A stretch of 64,000 nt of DNA, taken from an uncultured Gammaproteobacteria bacterium. GTDB taxonomy: Bacteria; Patescibacteriota; Microgenomatia; Levybacterales; UBA12049. Shown here one piece after another: positions 18,621 to 27,807 of the stretch (position 1 is its first letter; each line of letters begins with the position of its first letter). A model generated the notes under the pieces. It had not been told where the DNA came from. It saw only the letters and a program-made list of their open reading frames with translations, and made no database searches. The DNA lies in assembly GCA_964635045.1 (NCBI GenBank), contig CAZWMJ010000003.1:12011-76010 (forward strand), written 5' to 3'. The translations under genes and the position numbers were made by a program.

Positions 18621-19895
18621 ATGAATTTTCATAGGACTGTCTTGCCAAATGGTCTTCGTTTAATTCTTATTCCGATGGAGTCGGTGAAAAGCGTCACCGC
18701 GCTGGTGATGGTGGGGGCGGGCAGCCGCTATGAAACCAGAGACAACAACGGAGTCTCTCATTTTCTGGAACACATGGCCTTCAAAGGCACCAAAAAAAGG
18801 CCCTCCGCAATTTTAATTTCCAGTCTGATTGACGGCATCGGCGGAGAATTTAACGCTTTTACTTCCAAAGAAACCACCGGTTACTATATCAAATCATCAT
18901 CAAACCATATCAATTTACTGCTGGATGTGCTTTCCGACATGCTGAGAAATTCGCTTTTTGACGCCAAAGAGATTGACAAAGAGCGGGGAGTAATCCTCGA
19001 AGAAATAAATCTTTACGAGGATACGCCGGTCCGCAAAATCGGCGATGTCTATGAACAGCTTCTGTACGGGGACACGCCGATGGGGTGGGATGTGGCAGGC
19101 CAAAAAGAAATTATCAAAAAAATAGACCGTCAAAATTTCATTTCTTACATGGAAAGTTTGTACAGCCCGCACAATATGACAGTGGTGGTGGCCGGAGGGT
19201 TTAAATCGTCGGCAGTAACAGAACTGGTCCAAAAATATTTTGGGCAGATGGCGCGTTTCAAAACTAAGCCGGCTGAAAAGGTTATTGAAAAGCAAATAAA
19301 ACCCAGCCTTTTCATCAAACAAAAAAATACCGAACAGGCGCATCTGGCTTTGGGCGTTCGCACTTTTCCGGTACACGACAGCCGCCGCTACATACTGTCT
19401 GTTTTGGCCACCATTTTGGGTGGGGGAATGAGCAGTAGGCTCTTTCATGAAGTGCGGGAAAAACGCGGCCTTGCCTATTATGTCCGCTCCAGCAATGAAC
19501 ATTATGATGATTGCGGAAGTTTGGTTTCCACCTCCGGCGTTGATCCAAAGCGCATCGAAGAAGCGATAACCGTGATACTTGATCAGTATCACAGAATTTC
19601 CAATTTCCAATTTCCAATTTCCAATGAGGAGTTAGCAAAGGCCAAAGAATACATGAAAGGGCATCTTATTTTGGAGTTGGAAGACAGCCGGGCGGTGGCC
19701 GGTTTTTACGGCTCGCAGGAGATATTGGAGAGGAAAATAGAGACGCCGGATGAGGCGATTGCCAAAATTAAAGCGGTGACTGTGGAAGAGCTGGAAGCAG
19801 TGGCCAAAGAGATTTTTAGGCCGGAAAGATTAAACCTGGCCGTGATCGGCCAATTTGACTCTGGACAAAGATTTGAAAAACTGCTACAAATGTAA
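18621..19895 (+). CDS. M16-family (insulinase-like) zinc peptidase
   Basis: Inverted zinc motif HFLEHMAFKGT (HxxEH). 424 aa. Contains the (TTCCAAT)n tract at 19596-19626. Confidence 0.8.
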   Translation: MNFHRTVLPNGLRLILIPMESVKSVTALVMVGAGSRYETRDNNGVSHFLEHMAFKGTKKRPSAILISSLIDGIGGEFNAFTSKETTGYYIKSSSNHINLLLDVLSDMLRNSLFDAKEIDKERGVILEEINLYEDTPVRKIGDVYEQLLYGDTPMGWDVAGQKEIIKKIDRQNFISYMESLYSPHNMTVVVAGGFKSSAVTELVQKYFGQMARFKTKPAEKVIEKQIKPSLFIKQKNTEQAHLALGVRTFPVHDSRRYILSVLATILGGGMSSRLFHEVREKRGLAYYVRSSNEHYDDCGSLVSTSGVDPKRIEEAITVILDQYHRISNFQFPISNEELAKAKEYMKGHLILELEDSRAVAGFYGSQEILERKIETPDEAIAKIKAVTVEELEAVAKEIFRPERLNLAVIGQFDSGQRFEKLLQM

Positions 19896-19975
19896 ATAGG
19901 ACTTAAGGAATAAAGGATTAAAGCGATAAGTATTTATTATTTATCACTTAAATCTTTTAATCTTAAATTCTTAAT

Positions 19976-20440
19976 ATGGAGCATTCTGTTGTACTAGTTA
20001 AGCCCGATGGTGTGCAAAGAGGTTTGGTGGGGGAGATTATTCACCGCTTTGAACAAAAAGGATTAAAGCTGGTTGGCTTGAAGATGACTGTCCTTGATGA
20101 TTCGCTGCTTGATAAATGGTACGCTCATCACAAAGACAAGTCCTTTTTTGGAAAGCTTAAAACCTACATGAAGTCGTATCCGGTGGTGGCCATGCTGTGG
20201 GAAGGGGTGGAGGCGGTGGCAGTTATTCGCCAGATGACGGGAGTAACTTTGGGCCGTCAGGCCGCGCCCGACACCATTCGGGGCGATTTGTCCATGAGCC
20301 AGCAATTTAATCTTGTTCATGCCTCGGAAAGTAGGGACACTGCCCAAAAAGAAGAGAACCTGCTGTTTAGTCCAACGGAGATTTTTAAGTGGGAAAAACT
20401 GGACCGCAGTCAAATCTATACCGAAGAAGAACTGGGATAA
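19976..20440 (+). CDS. ndk: Nucleoside diphosphate kinase
   Basis: MEHSVVLVKPDGVQRGLVGEIIHRFEQKGLKLVGLKM; active-site region NLVHASES. Confidence 0.9.
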   Translation: MEHSVVLVKPDGVQRGLVGEIIHRFEQKGLKLVGLKMTVLDDSLLDKWYAHHKDKSFFGKLKTYMKSYPVVAMLWEGVEAVAVIRQMTGVTLGRQAAPDTIRGDLSMSQQFNLVHASESRDTAQKEENLLFSPTEIFKWEKLDRSQIYTEEELG

Positions 20441-20445
20441 GATGT

Positions 20446-21930
20446 TCACGCAGCGGGAAATGGTAAACCGAGCCTTCGACGAGCAATATATTGGGCTGCT
20501 AAATCTAAGGGATCAACAGGAATTTTTCCTCTGTAGTCTTTTAACCCTTTCCATATTTGGGAAATTTCTGTAAGTGCAAAAACAACATAGGTAGATTCAA
20601 GTTTTTCTTCTTTTAGTAATTGACCTTTTTTGTCGTGTTCTCTATGGACGTGGAAAAGGATATCACGAAGATAGGTAAGCGCTCTTTCTGGGGGAGCCCC
20701 TGTTTTAACAGCATGTGCAAGCGCTACTACTTTTTCCAAAGCCCAGGGATTCAACATCTCAACTGCGATGCCCGCTTTACGAAGTTCTTCTAGGTATGGG
20801 CCATGTTCATCTTGTGCGACTTCAGGGATACCAATTAAGGCTACTTGGTTTACTCCCATAGTTTTAAGATATCTTGCAGTTACTTCCGGTAAAGTCACTA
20901 CTTCCGTCTTCGACCCCTCCAACAAGTCTCGAATAGCGGGTGTAAATACAGGCGTTGTATTACACGCAAGAGTTATTACATCAGGATCATGTTTCATCAT
21001 TTCTAAAATCTCTCTTGAAAGGCCTGCCCAAACTAAAGGACTGCGAACACGATTTTCGATAGAATATCCCATTTCGGGGATAGAGATAGTTTCTATGCGA
21101 GGCATATAGATATCTCGTGCTGGAACACCCATTTCTCTAAGTAACTGTCGAGTATGAAAGTTAATAAGTGTTTTGAATAGATCGCCGGATTCAGGTGGAT
21201 TGCCAGTCACAATGTTTATTTTTCCACGTAAGTGCGATCTTTCTAAAGTGTTCTCCGTTTCTTTTGCAATATCTGATATTTGGGTATCGACTATACTAGA
21301 AAATAGTTGCTGAGGATTAAATTCAACCCCCCACGTATATCCTCCTGCATTAGTTGTAACTGTAAAAGGCTCAACAGTTAGGGGTGATAAGACATCTGGG
21401 TCAACAATATGAATAAAAGGAGTTTTTATCATATGTCTTTCACCGTTTCTTCCACGGACAAGTTTAGCATTTGACAAAGGATGTACTAGTCCGCGACCTA
21501 CGCCTAATTGATCTAGGGTTTCGTTACTAGCAAACATTATAGGGTTATTTAGACCTAAAACTTTGTTTAGTTTTTCAAAATCAACTTCTTCATCGCCCCG
21601 AACATGAGTCATGATTAGAATAGGTTTTCCAGCCCGATCAAATGATTGCCATAAACCTGTTTTTAATTCTTGGGCAAGGAGCACACCTCTCTCTCCATAC
21701 TGAAATCTATTATGTGCTGCCTCAGCGCAGCCTTCTGAATGAGGATTTCGGCTTAATAAGAACCAGATGTTAGCCCCAGTCAAAACATTAATTGTATTTC
21801 TGACCTCGTAGGGGACATATCTTTCTCCCTTTGAGCGATCGAGTAAGGTCTTAGCCGCATCCAATTGCCACTCACGGTAAGACCTTGGATCACCAAGACC
21901 TAATGAAAATTCAACCCCACCTCGTTGCAT
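20446..21930 (-). CDS. Asp/Glu/hydantoin-racemase-family domain (C-terminal) fused to an unidentified ~230-aa N-terminal domain
   Basis: C-terminal half carries IVTGNPPESG..., LACNTTPVF (ACNTAH-like) and IGIPEVAQDE blocks. N-terminal half is unassigned. 494 aa is about twice normal racemase length. Confidence 0.35.
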   Translation of the reverse strand: MQRGGVEFSLGLGDPRSYREWQLDAAKTLLDRSKGERYVPYEVRNTINVLTGANIWFLLSRNPHSEGCAEAAHNRFQYGERGVLLAQELKTGLWQSFDRAGKPILIMTHVRGDEEVDFEKLNKVLGLNNPIMFASNETLDQLGVGRGLVHPLSNAKLVRGRNGERHMIKTPFIHIVDPDVLSPLTVEPFTVTTNAGGYTWGVEFNPQQLFSSIVDTQISDIAKETENTLERSHLRGKINIVTGNPPESGDLFKTLINFHTRQLLREMGVPARDIYMPRIETISIPEMGYSIENRVRSPLVWAGLSREILEMMKHDPDVITLACNTTPVFTPAIRDLLEGSKTEVVTLPEVTARYLKTMGVNQVALIGIPEVAQDEHGPYLEELRKAGIAVEMLNPWALEKVVALAHAVKTGAPPERALTYLRDILFHVHREHDKKGQLLKEEKLESTYVVFALTEISQIWKGLKDYRGKIPVDPLDLAAQYIARRRLGLPFPAA

Positions 21931-21984
21931 AGTGCACCCTCCTACTATAGGATAGGAAAGTATTTAACCATACCAGTTGTTTTT

Positions 21985-22030
21985 TGTAAAATTTATGCTA
22001 TAATATTACAAACATTACAATTTGTAATAA
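21985..22030 (+). promoter_or_regulatory. Candidate promoter plus palindromic operator upstream of the 22043 gene
   Basis: TATAAT at 21989-21994, followed by perfect inverted repeat attacaa-t-ttgtaat (22012-22026) flanked by additional TTACA repeats. Confidence 0.35.
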
Positions 22031-22042
22031 ATATTACATATT

Positions 22043-22687
22043 ATGGTTACTGTGGCCAAGGCTGTTTCGGAAATTATTAAGACAGACGAATTGGGTTTAG
22101 AAGCCTTTCGTGCAGGAATATTAAATTTGAGCGCCTACGCAGAGAAGATTCAAAAACGGGTTGAGGCCATTACTTTTAAACAGGTAAAAAAGGGGACAAT
22201 TACCGTGGCGCTATCTAGAACCACTAAAGGTTTACCTACGGTTCCTTTACACTCCCAGCTTATAGTTAGTAATATTGCTGTTAAGTCTTCTTTATCGGCG
22301 CTCACGTTTGATAAAACACCCGAGGTTTATAGAAAAATATCTATTTTAAATCCTTTTATTTTACTTTTGCACGATTTATTCGCTGTGGTGGAGGGCCCGT
22401 CTGAAGTAACAATAGTCTATTCCGAAAGATCAAACGAAACCATTTTAAACCACTTTGCCACCAAACCCAAAGCGGAATATGATAATTTAGCTGCTATTAC
22501 GGTGCAAATACCCAAGAAATTAGCAGATACCCCAAACGTTGTTTATAGCTTCCTAAGCGTTCTTGCGGTAAAAAGAATTCATGTGATCCAGATAGTGACA
22601 ACATTTGCAGAGACTTCCTTCATTATTAAAAAAGAAGATATGGAAGAATCGTTGAAATCTTTAAATACCTTTTATGAAAAATCCTAA
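22043..22687 (+). CDS. Uncharacterised ~215-aa protein, paralog of the 11117..11767 product
   Basis: See the 11117..11767 entry. 14-nt overlap with the downstream asparaginase-like gene indicates co-transcription. Confidence 0.45.
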   Translation: MVTVAKAVSEIIKTDELGLEAFRAGILNLSAYAEKIQKRVEAITFKQVKKGTITVALSRTTKGLPTVPLHSQLIVSNIAVKSSLSALTFDKTPEVYRKISILNPFILLLHDLFAVVEGPSEVTIVYSERSNETILNHFATKPKAEYDNLAAITVQIPKKLADTPNVVYSFLSVLAVKRIHVIQIVTTFAETSFIIKKEDMEESLKSLNTFYEKS

Positions 22688-23198
22688 TTCTATTCATTTT
22701 ATTATGACCGGAGGAACTATTGATTTTATATGGGATAGTAGGCAGGATAGTATGATCGTAAACAAACAATCAAGAGTTCCAGATTTTTTTGCAAAATATT
22801 ATCTGGACAAAAATATGATGTTTACGCAAGTCTGTATGAAAGATTCGCGCGCATTAACAACGGACGACTTAAAAGCAATAAAAAAAACGGTTGAGGAAAG
22901 TCCTTGCACTAAAATAGTAATTACTCATGGAACATATACCATGCCTGACACTGCTCAGTTTTTGACAAAAGGATTAAAAAGGACTGACCAAACGATTGTT
23001 TTAACCGGTTCTTCAACACCGCTGATTGGGTTTGAACTGTCAGAGGCCGTTTTTAACTTGGGTTTTGCAGTGGCAAAGGTGCAAGATTTACCCAACGGAG
23101 TCTATGTATCTATATTAGGTCGGACATTAACTTCACAAGAGATGGATAGAAGCATAAAGGCGGGAAAGTTTTTTGAAATTTTTGGTATTAATGGATAA
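22674..23198 (+). CDS. L-asparaginase-family N-terminal domain protein (short, 174 aa)
   Basis: HFIMTGGTIDF (TGGTIA block) and ITHGTYTMPDTAQFL (HGTDTM block) of asparaginase/GatD N-domain. The C-terminal domain is absent. Confidence 0.5.
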   Translation: MKNPNSIHFIMTGGTIDFIWDSRQDSMIVNKQSRVPDFFAKYYLDKNMMFTQVCMKDSRALTTDDLKAIKKTVEESPCTKIVITHGTYTMPDTAQFLTKGLKRTDQTIVLTGSSTPLIGFELSEAVFNLGFAVAKVQDLPNGVYVSILGRTLTSQEMDRSIKAGKFFEIFGING

Positions 23199-23981
23199 TT
23201 AAACTTGATTTTGAAGTACAAATTTATAGAGAAGAATTGCAAACAAGACCGTTATTAGATAAGAAATTATCACTCCTAAAAAAATTCCATACAAAGGTAC
23301 AAAAAAATAAAAAGCTACTGCAAAAAGAATAGTTCCTATAGTCCCATGAGGGATTGTGCGAGCGGTTGATGCTGTATAGTTAATGCCGTGGGTTTTTGAC
23401 AGTAATATGAGTGAAGAAAAAATACCAGCCGGAAAACTTCCCATTAAACCACCCCAAAGTGGTCCTAACAATTTAGCTAATAAAACAGCAGTTGCTATAA
23501 CTCCTCCTGAAAATAATACTCGAAAAAGGAAATTTTGTAGCGTTGATTTAAAAGCAGTAGGTTTTCTGTGGGGATAGCTATTAAGAAAAAGAATTGTAAT
23601 GAGAGTAATAATAGCGGCAAGAAGCAGTGATATCCAGATATTCTTTAAATTTATTAGAAGTAGTGGGAGGGTAAAAATAAACCAAACAAGCGCCCCGCCC
23701 CCAGATGCTAAAATTCGACCATATTTGTAGAAACGAATGAACGCTATGATGAAAAAAGAGTTTAGCGCCACGGCTACAGGTACAATTGGGATGGCGGCAA
23801 CAGCTTCTTTGGAGCTTTGGGTCCAGGCAAGAAAAATAAGAGTGAGAAGGATGGTAGAGGGAAGACCAATAAAGAGTCCGCCAATTTTTGATCCGTATCT
23901 TTCTGATAGCCAAATTGTTGTCGCAATATAGGTGCCACCAAAAAGAAAAGACAGTAATAATTTAATCGCGAATAGGTCCAT
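23199..23981 (-). CDS. Polytopic membrane protein of unknown function
   Basis: 260 aa with about 8 TM helices and no motifs. Stop abuts the asparaginase-like gene stop. Confidence 0.4.
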   Translation of the reverse strand: MDLFAIKLLLSFLFGGTYIATTIWLSERYGSKIGGLFIGLPSTILLTLIFLAWTQSSKEAVAAIPIVPVAVALNSFFIIAFIRFYKYGRILASGGGALVWFIFTLPLLLINLKNIWISLLLAAIITLITILFLNSYPHRKPTAFKSTLQNFLFRVLFSGGVIATAVLLAKLLGPLWGGLMGSFPAGIFSSLILLSKTHGINYTASTARTIPHGTIGTILFAVAFYFFVPLYGIFLGVIISYLITVLFAILLYKFVLQNQV

Positions 23982-24117
23982 AAATAGTATTATAACACTT
24001 TTTATCTTCCCGCATTCTCACACAAATTCAATAATTAATCGCCACCCCTCTTTTTAGTAGGGAGTTTCAGTCAAAAAATGGATGCCAAACTTGATAGACT
24101 TCAAAATATTCTTGATG

Positions 24118-24165
24118 GATTTGTTGGGCGGGGTAACTGGATTCGAACCAGTGACCTCTCGGTCC
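24118..24165 (-). pseudogene. tRNA 3'-half remnant (anticodon-loop to CCA; Pro-like)
   Basis: Sense strand GGGACCGAGAGGTC-ACTGG-TTCGAAT-CCAGT-TACCCCGCC-CA. The anticodon-stem 3' strand and variable loop are identical to the adjacent tRNA-Pro, but there is no 5' half. Confidence 0.45.
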
Positions 24166-24182
24166 CGCCCGCCTAAATTCTG

Positions 24183-24254
24183 TCGGGGATGACAGATTTG
24201 AACTGTCGACCTCTCGGTCCCGAACCGAGCGCGCTACCGCTGCGCCAATCCCCG
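24183..24254 (-). tRNA. tRNA-Pro (anticodon CGG)
   Basis: Manually folded: acceptor CGGGGAT/ATCCCCG; D-arm GCGC-AGCGGTA-GCGC; anticodon stem CTCGG/CCGAG with loop TTCGGGA; T-arm GACAG-TTCAAAT-CTGTC. Confidence 0.8.
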
Positions 24255-24428
24255 AATTTTTGGCGGGCTACCGACCCGCTTCGCCCAAGCTTCAGCGAGG
24301 CGAGTGAACTAGTCTCCGCAGCTTTTTTCATTGTATTTTATTGTATCTTCAAATGCAAATTATTACATGATGGATAGAGCAGTCCCGTTCTAGTTAACAA
24401 ATGAGGTTTTATATAGTACTTTAGAATA

Positions 24429-25091
24429 ATGAGTAAAATAAGGTTAACACAGATAAAAATTCAGAAAATTAAAAAATTGAGAAGTCAGGGATGCAGTTTG
24501 CCTGAAATTAGCAATGAATTACATATTCCGAAGACAACGGTATTTAGATATGTTCAAGACGTCGAGATTTTGCCGGAGTTTTTAAGAGACTGGTCGATTA
24601 AGCGGGGAGGAAGCAGAAAAAGAAAGTTGCTAAAAGAAACAAAAGCATATGAAGAAGGCAAAAAGCTGGTTGGAAAATTGTCTGATAAGGAGAAAGCACT
24701 ATTTTTATCAGCTCTTTACTGGGCAGAAGGCAGTAAAGGAGATTTTGGATTATCTAATACAGATGGGATGCTTATTAAGATATTTGTAACAGGATTGCGA
24801 GAAGTATTTCATGTTACAGATGAGAGGTTAAGAATAAGCGTGCGTTTATATGAGGATTTAGATAAGGAAAAAAGCTTGTCTTTTTGGTCGCAAATTGTTA
24901 ATATACCAAAGGAAAGGTTCGTGGGAGTTAACATTCTTGCTGGAAAGAAAAAAGGAAAGCTTGAGCATGGAATGTGTAGAGTTAGAGTGTTAAAAGGAGG
25001 AGACCTGCTTAAAAAGGTAAATGGAATCAATAAGGCTGTTATTGAAGCGTTTGTCCCTATAGCTCAATTGGATAGAGCACCCCGGTCCTAA
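24429..25091 (+). CDS. HTH-domain protein with LAGLIDADG-like motif (possible homing-endonuclease-like protein)
   Basis: N-terminal HTH (LRSQGCSLPEISNELHIPKTTVFRYV); central LSALYWAEGSKGDFGL resembles a single LAGLIDADG block. The 3' end overlaps tRNA-Arg by 39 nt. Confidence 0.3.
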   Translation: MSKIRLTQIKIQKIKKLRSQGCSLPEISNELHIPKTTVFRYVQDVEILPEFLRDWSIKRGGSRKRKLLKETKAYEEGKKLVGKLSDKEKALFLSALYWAEGSKGDFGLSNTDGMLIKIFVTGLREVFHVTDERLRISVRLYEDLDKEKSLSFWSQIVNIPKERFVGVNILAGKKKGKLEHGMCRVRVLKGGDLLKKVNGINKAVIEAFVPIAQLDRAPRS

Positions 25092-25126
25092 CGGGGAGAT
25101 TCCCAGTTCGAGTCTGGGTAGGGATA
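25053..25126 (+). tRNA. tRNA-Arg (anticodon CCT)
   Basis: Acceptor GTCCCTA/TAGGGAT (G1-U72); D-arm GCTC-AATTGGATA-GAGC; anticodon stem CCCCG/CGGGG with loop GTCCTAA; T-arm CCCAG-TTCGAGT-CTGGG. Confidence 0.75.
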
Positions 25127-25128
25127 CA

Positions 25129-26325
25129 TTATTTTAGACTCACCGTGTACAGATTGGGGGAAATGGCGGGATTGCCAAGATTAGTCAGTACGACTACCTT
25201 TGATCCATTAGGCCATGGAAATACATAGTTATCCAAAAAGGGTCCGGCATAGATGGTGGTGGCATTGGTGCCGTCATATTCCATCACCTCTATTTTTTTA
25301 TCGTGAACATAAACAAGATGTCTTGAGTCGGGAAACCAAGTTAGAGGAGATGGGGAATTAGCCAGAGAATCAAGCGCTTTGAAGTTTTTATCCTCTTTAA
25401 TGTCATAGACATAAACAGCGTCTTTTTTTATATCTCTCTGCTCCGCTGTCGAATCAGCGCCTATCAGTCTGGGGGAGATGATGATGGGGAGAGTGGCGGA
25501 ACTACTTGCCTGATAAAGAATCTTTGTCTCATCCGGCGACCAGGAGACGATATTGAAATTATCATTAATTTGTTTTTGCAAAGCGGGTTTAAGGCCGCTG
25601 AGGCGGGCTTTTTCTTTTTCGTTTTTTTCCTGCTGCTGAGCTTCTTTGAGGCTGGCAATAGTGGCCGTCACATCTTTGGGATCCTGATTAAAGCCCCCGG
25701 CGCTTAATAAATATATGGTTTGATCGCTGTTGTCCCGGGAAATGGTGGTTAATAATTCTTTACCGTCAGGAGACCAGACAAAGTCGGCTTTGGAAAATAA
25801 GTCTGCCGTGTCGTCAGTTATTTGGCTTGCGGCCGATTGCAGGGTTAAAATGGGTTTTTGGGTCATATCCAGCACATAAATGCCGTTTTTTCTGGCCGAT
25901 TGGGAAGCGACCCGATAGGCAAGTCTCGTTAAAGATGGATCAACCACCGGATTTTCCACACCGCTTGAGGTAATATTTTCCAGTTTGGGGGCGGTGGGGA
26001 AAAGAAGTGCCTGAGCTTTCGCCACCACCTCTTTTTGGACGGTTATTTCTTTTTCCCACGGAAAATATCCTTCCTTAAAGATGCGGACTTTGTATTTTCC
26101 CGGGGATAGATTGATGGTGTTGTCGGTGGCAGTGGTCAGGTGGCCGTCAATAAATACCGAAGCGCCGTCCGGATCGCTGGTGGCCACCAAAAGTCCCGTT
26201 CCCAAAAACTCCGGCCTTCCGCTGATTATGCCGAAACGGTAGCCTCTGCCGTATAAAACAACAATGGTTGTGCCCAAAAGCAAGAATAAGAAAATTAACA
26301 GCGGGATAAGTATTTGTCTTTTCAT
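25129..26325 (-). CDS. Membrane-anchored PEGA-domain plus TolB-like beta-propeller protein
   Basis: N-terminal TM; GASVFIDGHLTTATDNTINLSPGKYKVRIFKEGY is a PEGA-type motif. Repeated WSPDGKELL / WSPDETKILY / WFPDSRHLVYV blades. Confidence 0.5.
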   Translation of the reverse strand: MKRQILIPLLIFLFLLLGTTIVVLYGRGYRFGIISGRPEFLGTGLLVATSDPDGASVFIDGHLTTATDNTINLSPGKYKVRIFKEGYFPWEKEITVQKEVVAKAQALLFPTAPKLENITSSGVENPVVDPSLTRLAYRVASQSARKNGIYVLDMTQKPILTLQSAASQITDDTADLFSKADFVWSPDGKELLTTISRDNSDQTIYLLSAGGFNQDPKDVTATIASLKEAQQQEKNEKEKARLSGLKPALQKQINDNFNIVSWSPDETKILYQASSSATLPIIISPRLIGADSTAEQRDIKKDAVYVYDIKEDKNFKALDSLANSPSPLTWFPDSRHLVYVHDKKIEVMEYDGTNATTIYAGPFLDNYVFPWPNGSKVVVLTNLGNPAISPNLYTVSLK

Positions 26326-26341
26326 TAAATGGTGGGCTTAC

Positions 26342-26437
26342 GGGGTCCTGTCAGAAGTTTTTCCCGTCAGTGCTCGTTCTAGTGAAGCAAGCTTCAACGA
26401 ACTGCGCGCTGTCGGGAGCCCTAACTTCTGCCACCCC
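26342..26437 (+). repeat. RPE-like repeat element, copy B
   Basis: Near-identical to the 63659-63756 copy, with terminal inverted segments cagaagtt...aacttctg. Generates the spurious ORF 26264..26452. Confidence 0.75.
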
Positions 26438-26569
26438 CTATATTATACTTAATCAAAATGCTTATTGCAAGATAAAAGATGTGAGGATATAATCAAGATA
26501 GTATAAGGCTAACAAGCATTTTTGATAGAGAAGATAGATATTTTGATATAGATATTGATTTAATCGCGT

Positions 26570-27595
26570 ATGTTATTTAAGCGCATCGGCATAGATTTGG
26601 GTACGGCTAATACTTTAGTTTATCTGGTAGGCGAAGGCATTGTGCTTAACGAGCCCACGGTAGTGGCTGTCACCGCAGAAGAAGATAGAGTAGTGGCGGT
26701 GGGACGCGAGGCTAAAGAAATGCTGGGCAGAACTCCCGGCAACATTGTGGCTTTAAGACCTCTTCGTGACGGTGTGATTGCCAACTACACTATAACTGAG
26801 GCCATGCTTTCTTATTTTATTGACAAGGCTGCAGGTAAGTCGCGTTTCTTTAAGCCGGAGGTAATGGTCTGTATTCCCAGCGGAGTGACACAGGTGGAGA
26901 GACGGGCGGTTTTGGACGCCACCATGTCGGCCGGAGCCAAAATTGCTTATTTGATTGAAGAGCCTCTGGCCGCCGCCATCGGAGCTAAAATTCCCATTGC
27001 TCAAGCGGCCGGACACATGGTGGTTGATATAGGTGGCGGATCAACGGAAGCGGCAGTTATTTCACTGGGTGGTGTGGTGGTGCACAGCTCGGTTAGGGTA
27101 GCGGGCAACAAAATCGATGAAGCGATAGCCAACCACACAAAAAAGAAATTCAATTTGCTAATAGGCGAGAGAACGGCCGAGGAAATAAAGATTACCATCG
27201 GAAATGCCCTGCCGGAGGGAGGAGCGTCTAAATCAATTGCCGGGCAGGATAAAATGGAAATAAGAGGCAGAGACAGTGTGTCCGGCCTTCCGCGAACGAT
27301 AGAGTTGAGCTCGGTTCAAATCAGCGAGGCCATAAAGCCGGTCCTGTTGGATATTATCCAATCGGTCAAGGCCGTTTTGGAGCAGACACCGCCTGAGTTG
27401 GCATCGGACATTATTGATAAAGGTATTGTGATGACCGGCGGAACCTCGCTTGTCAAAAATTTTGATAAATTGATGACCCAAATAACCGGTGTTCCTTGTC
27501 ATGTGGCCGAAGATCCGCTTTTATGCGTGGTAAGGGGAACGGGAGTAGCGCTTGAGAACATAGAACTTTACAAAAGAAGTATTAGCAAAAAATAA
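26570..27595 (+). CDS. mreB: Rod-shape-determining actin homolog MreB
   Basis: IGIDLGTANTLVY phosphate-1 motif, VVDIGGGSTE, MTGGTSL. 341 aa. Confidence 0.85.
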   Translation: MLFKRIGIDLGTANTLVYLVGEGIVLNEPTVVAVTAEEDRVVAVGREAKEMLGRTPGNIVALRPLRDGVIANYTITEAMLSYFIDKAAGKSRFFKPEVMVCIPSGVTQVERRAVLDATMSAGAKIAYLIEEPLAAAIGAKIPIAQAAGHMVVDIGGGSTEAAVISLGGVVVHSSVRVAGNKIDEAIANHTKKKFNLLIGERTAEEIKITIGNALPEGGASKSIAGQDKMEIRGRDSVSGLPRTIELSSVQISEAIKPVLLDIIQSVKAVLEQTPPELASDIIDKGIVMTGGTSLVKNFDKLMTQITGVPCHVAEDPLLCVVRGTGVALENIELYKRSISKK

Positions 27596-27607
27596 ATAGA
27601 TGGTGAA

Positions 27608-27632
27608 GGGTCCTGTCAGAAGTTTTTCAGAG
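27608..27632 (+). repeat. RPE-like repeat element, 5' fragment (copy C)
   Basis: gggtcctgtcagaagtttttc matches the first 21 nt of copies B and E, then diverges. Confidence 0.5.
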
Positions 27633-27807
27633 TTTTATCCTATAACATTTTTATGATATTTGCAGGATATGATAAAAAGGGGAGAGATTAAAAAACTTTC
27701 ACAAAAGAGATGACGTATAGTAATTATATTGAAGCGACAAAAAGAATTGATGATTTTATAGGTTGGCAGGCGTGAGTGTTAGGATAGAAATTTGAGTACT
27801 GAAATTG

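Noticed and set aside
18915-19610. 231-aa minus-strand ORF
   Set aside because: It lies entirely antisense within the well-supported M16 peptidase gene. Its composition comes from the GC-richer coding strand, so it is a spurious shadow ORF.
26264-26452. 62-aa ORF, and the similar ORFs 11688..11945 and 28276..28497
   Set aside because: Their apparent coding capacity is created by the stop-free RPE-like repeat element. The same peptide (VSARSSEASFNELRAVGSP or its alternate-frame version) appears wherever the element occurs.
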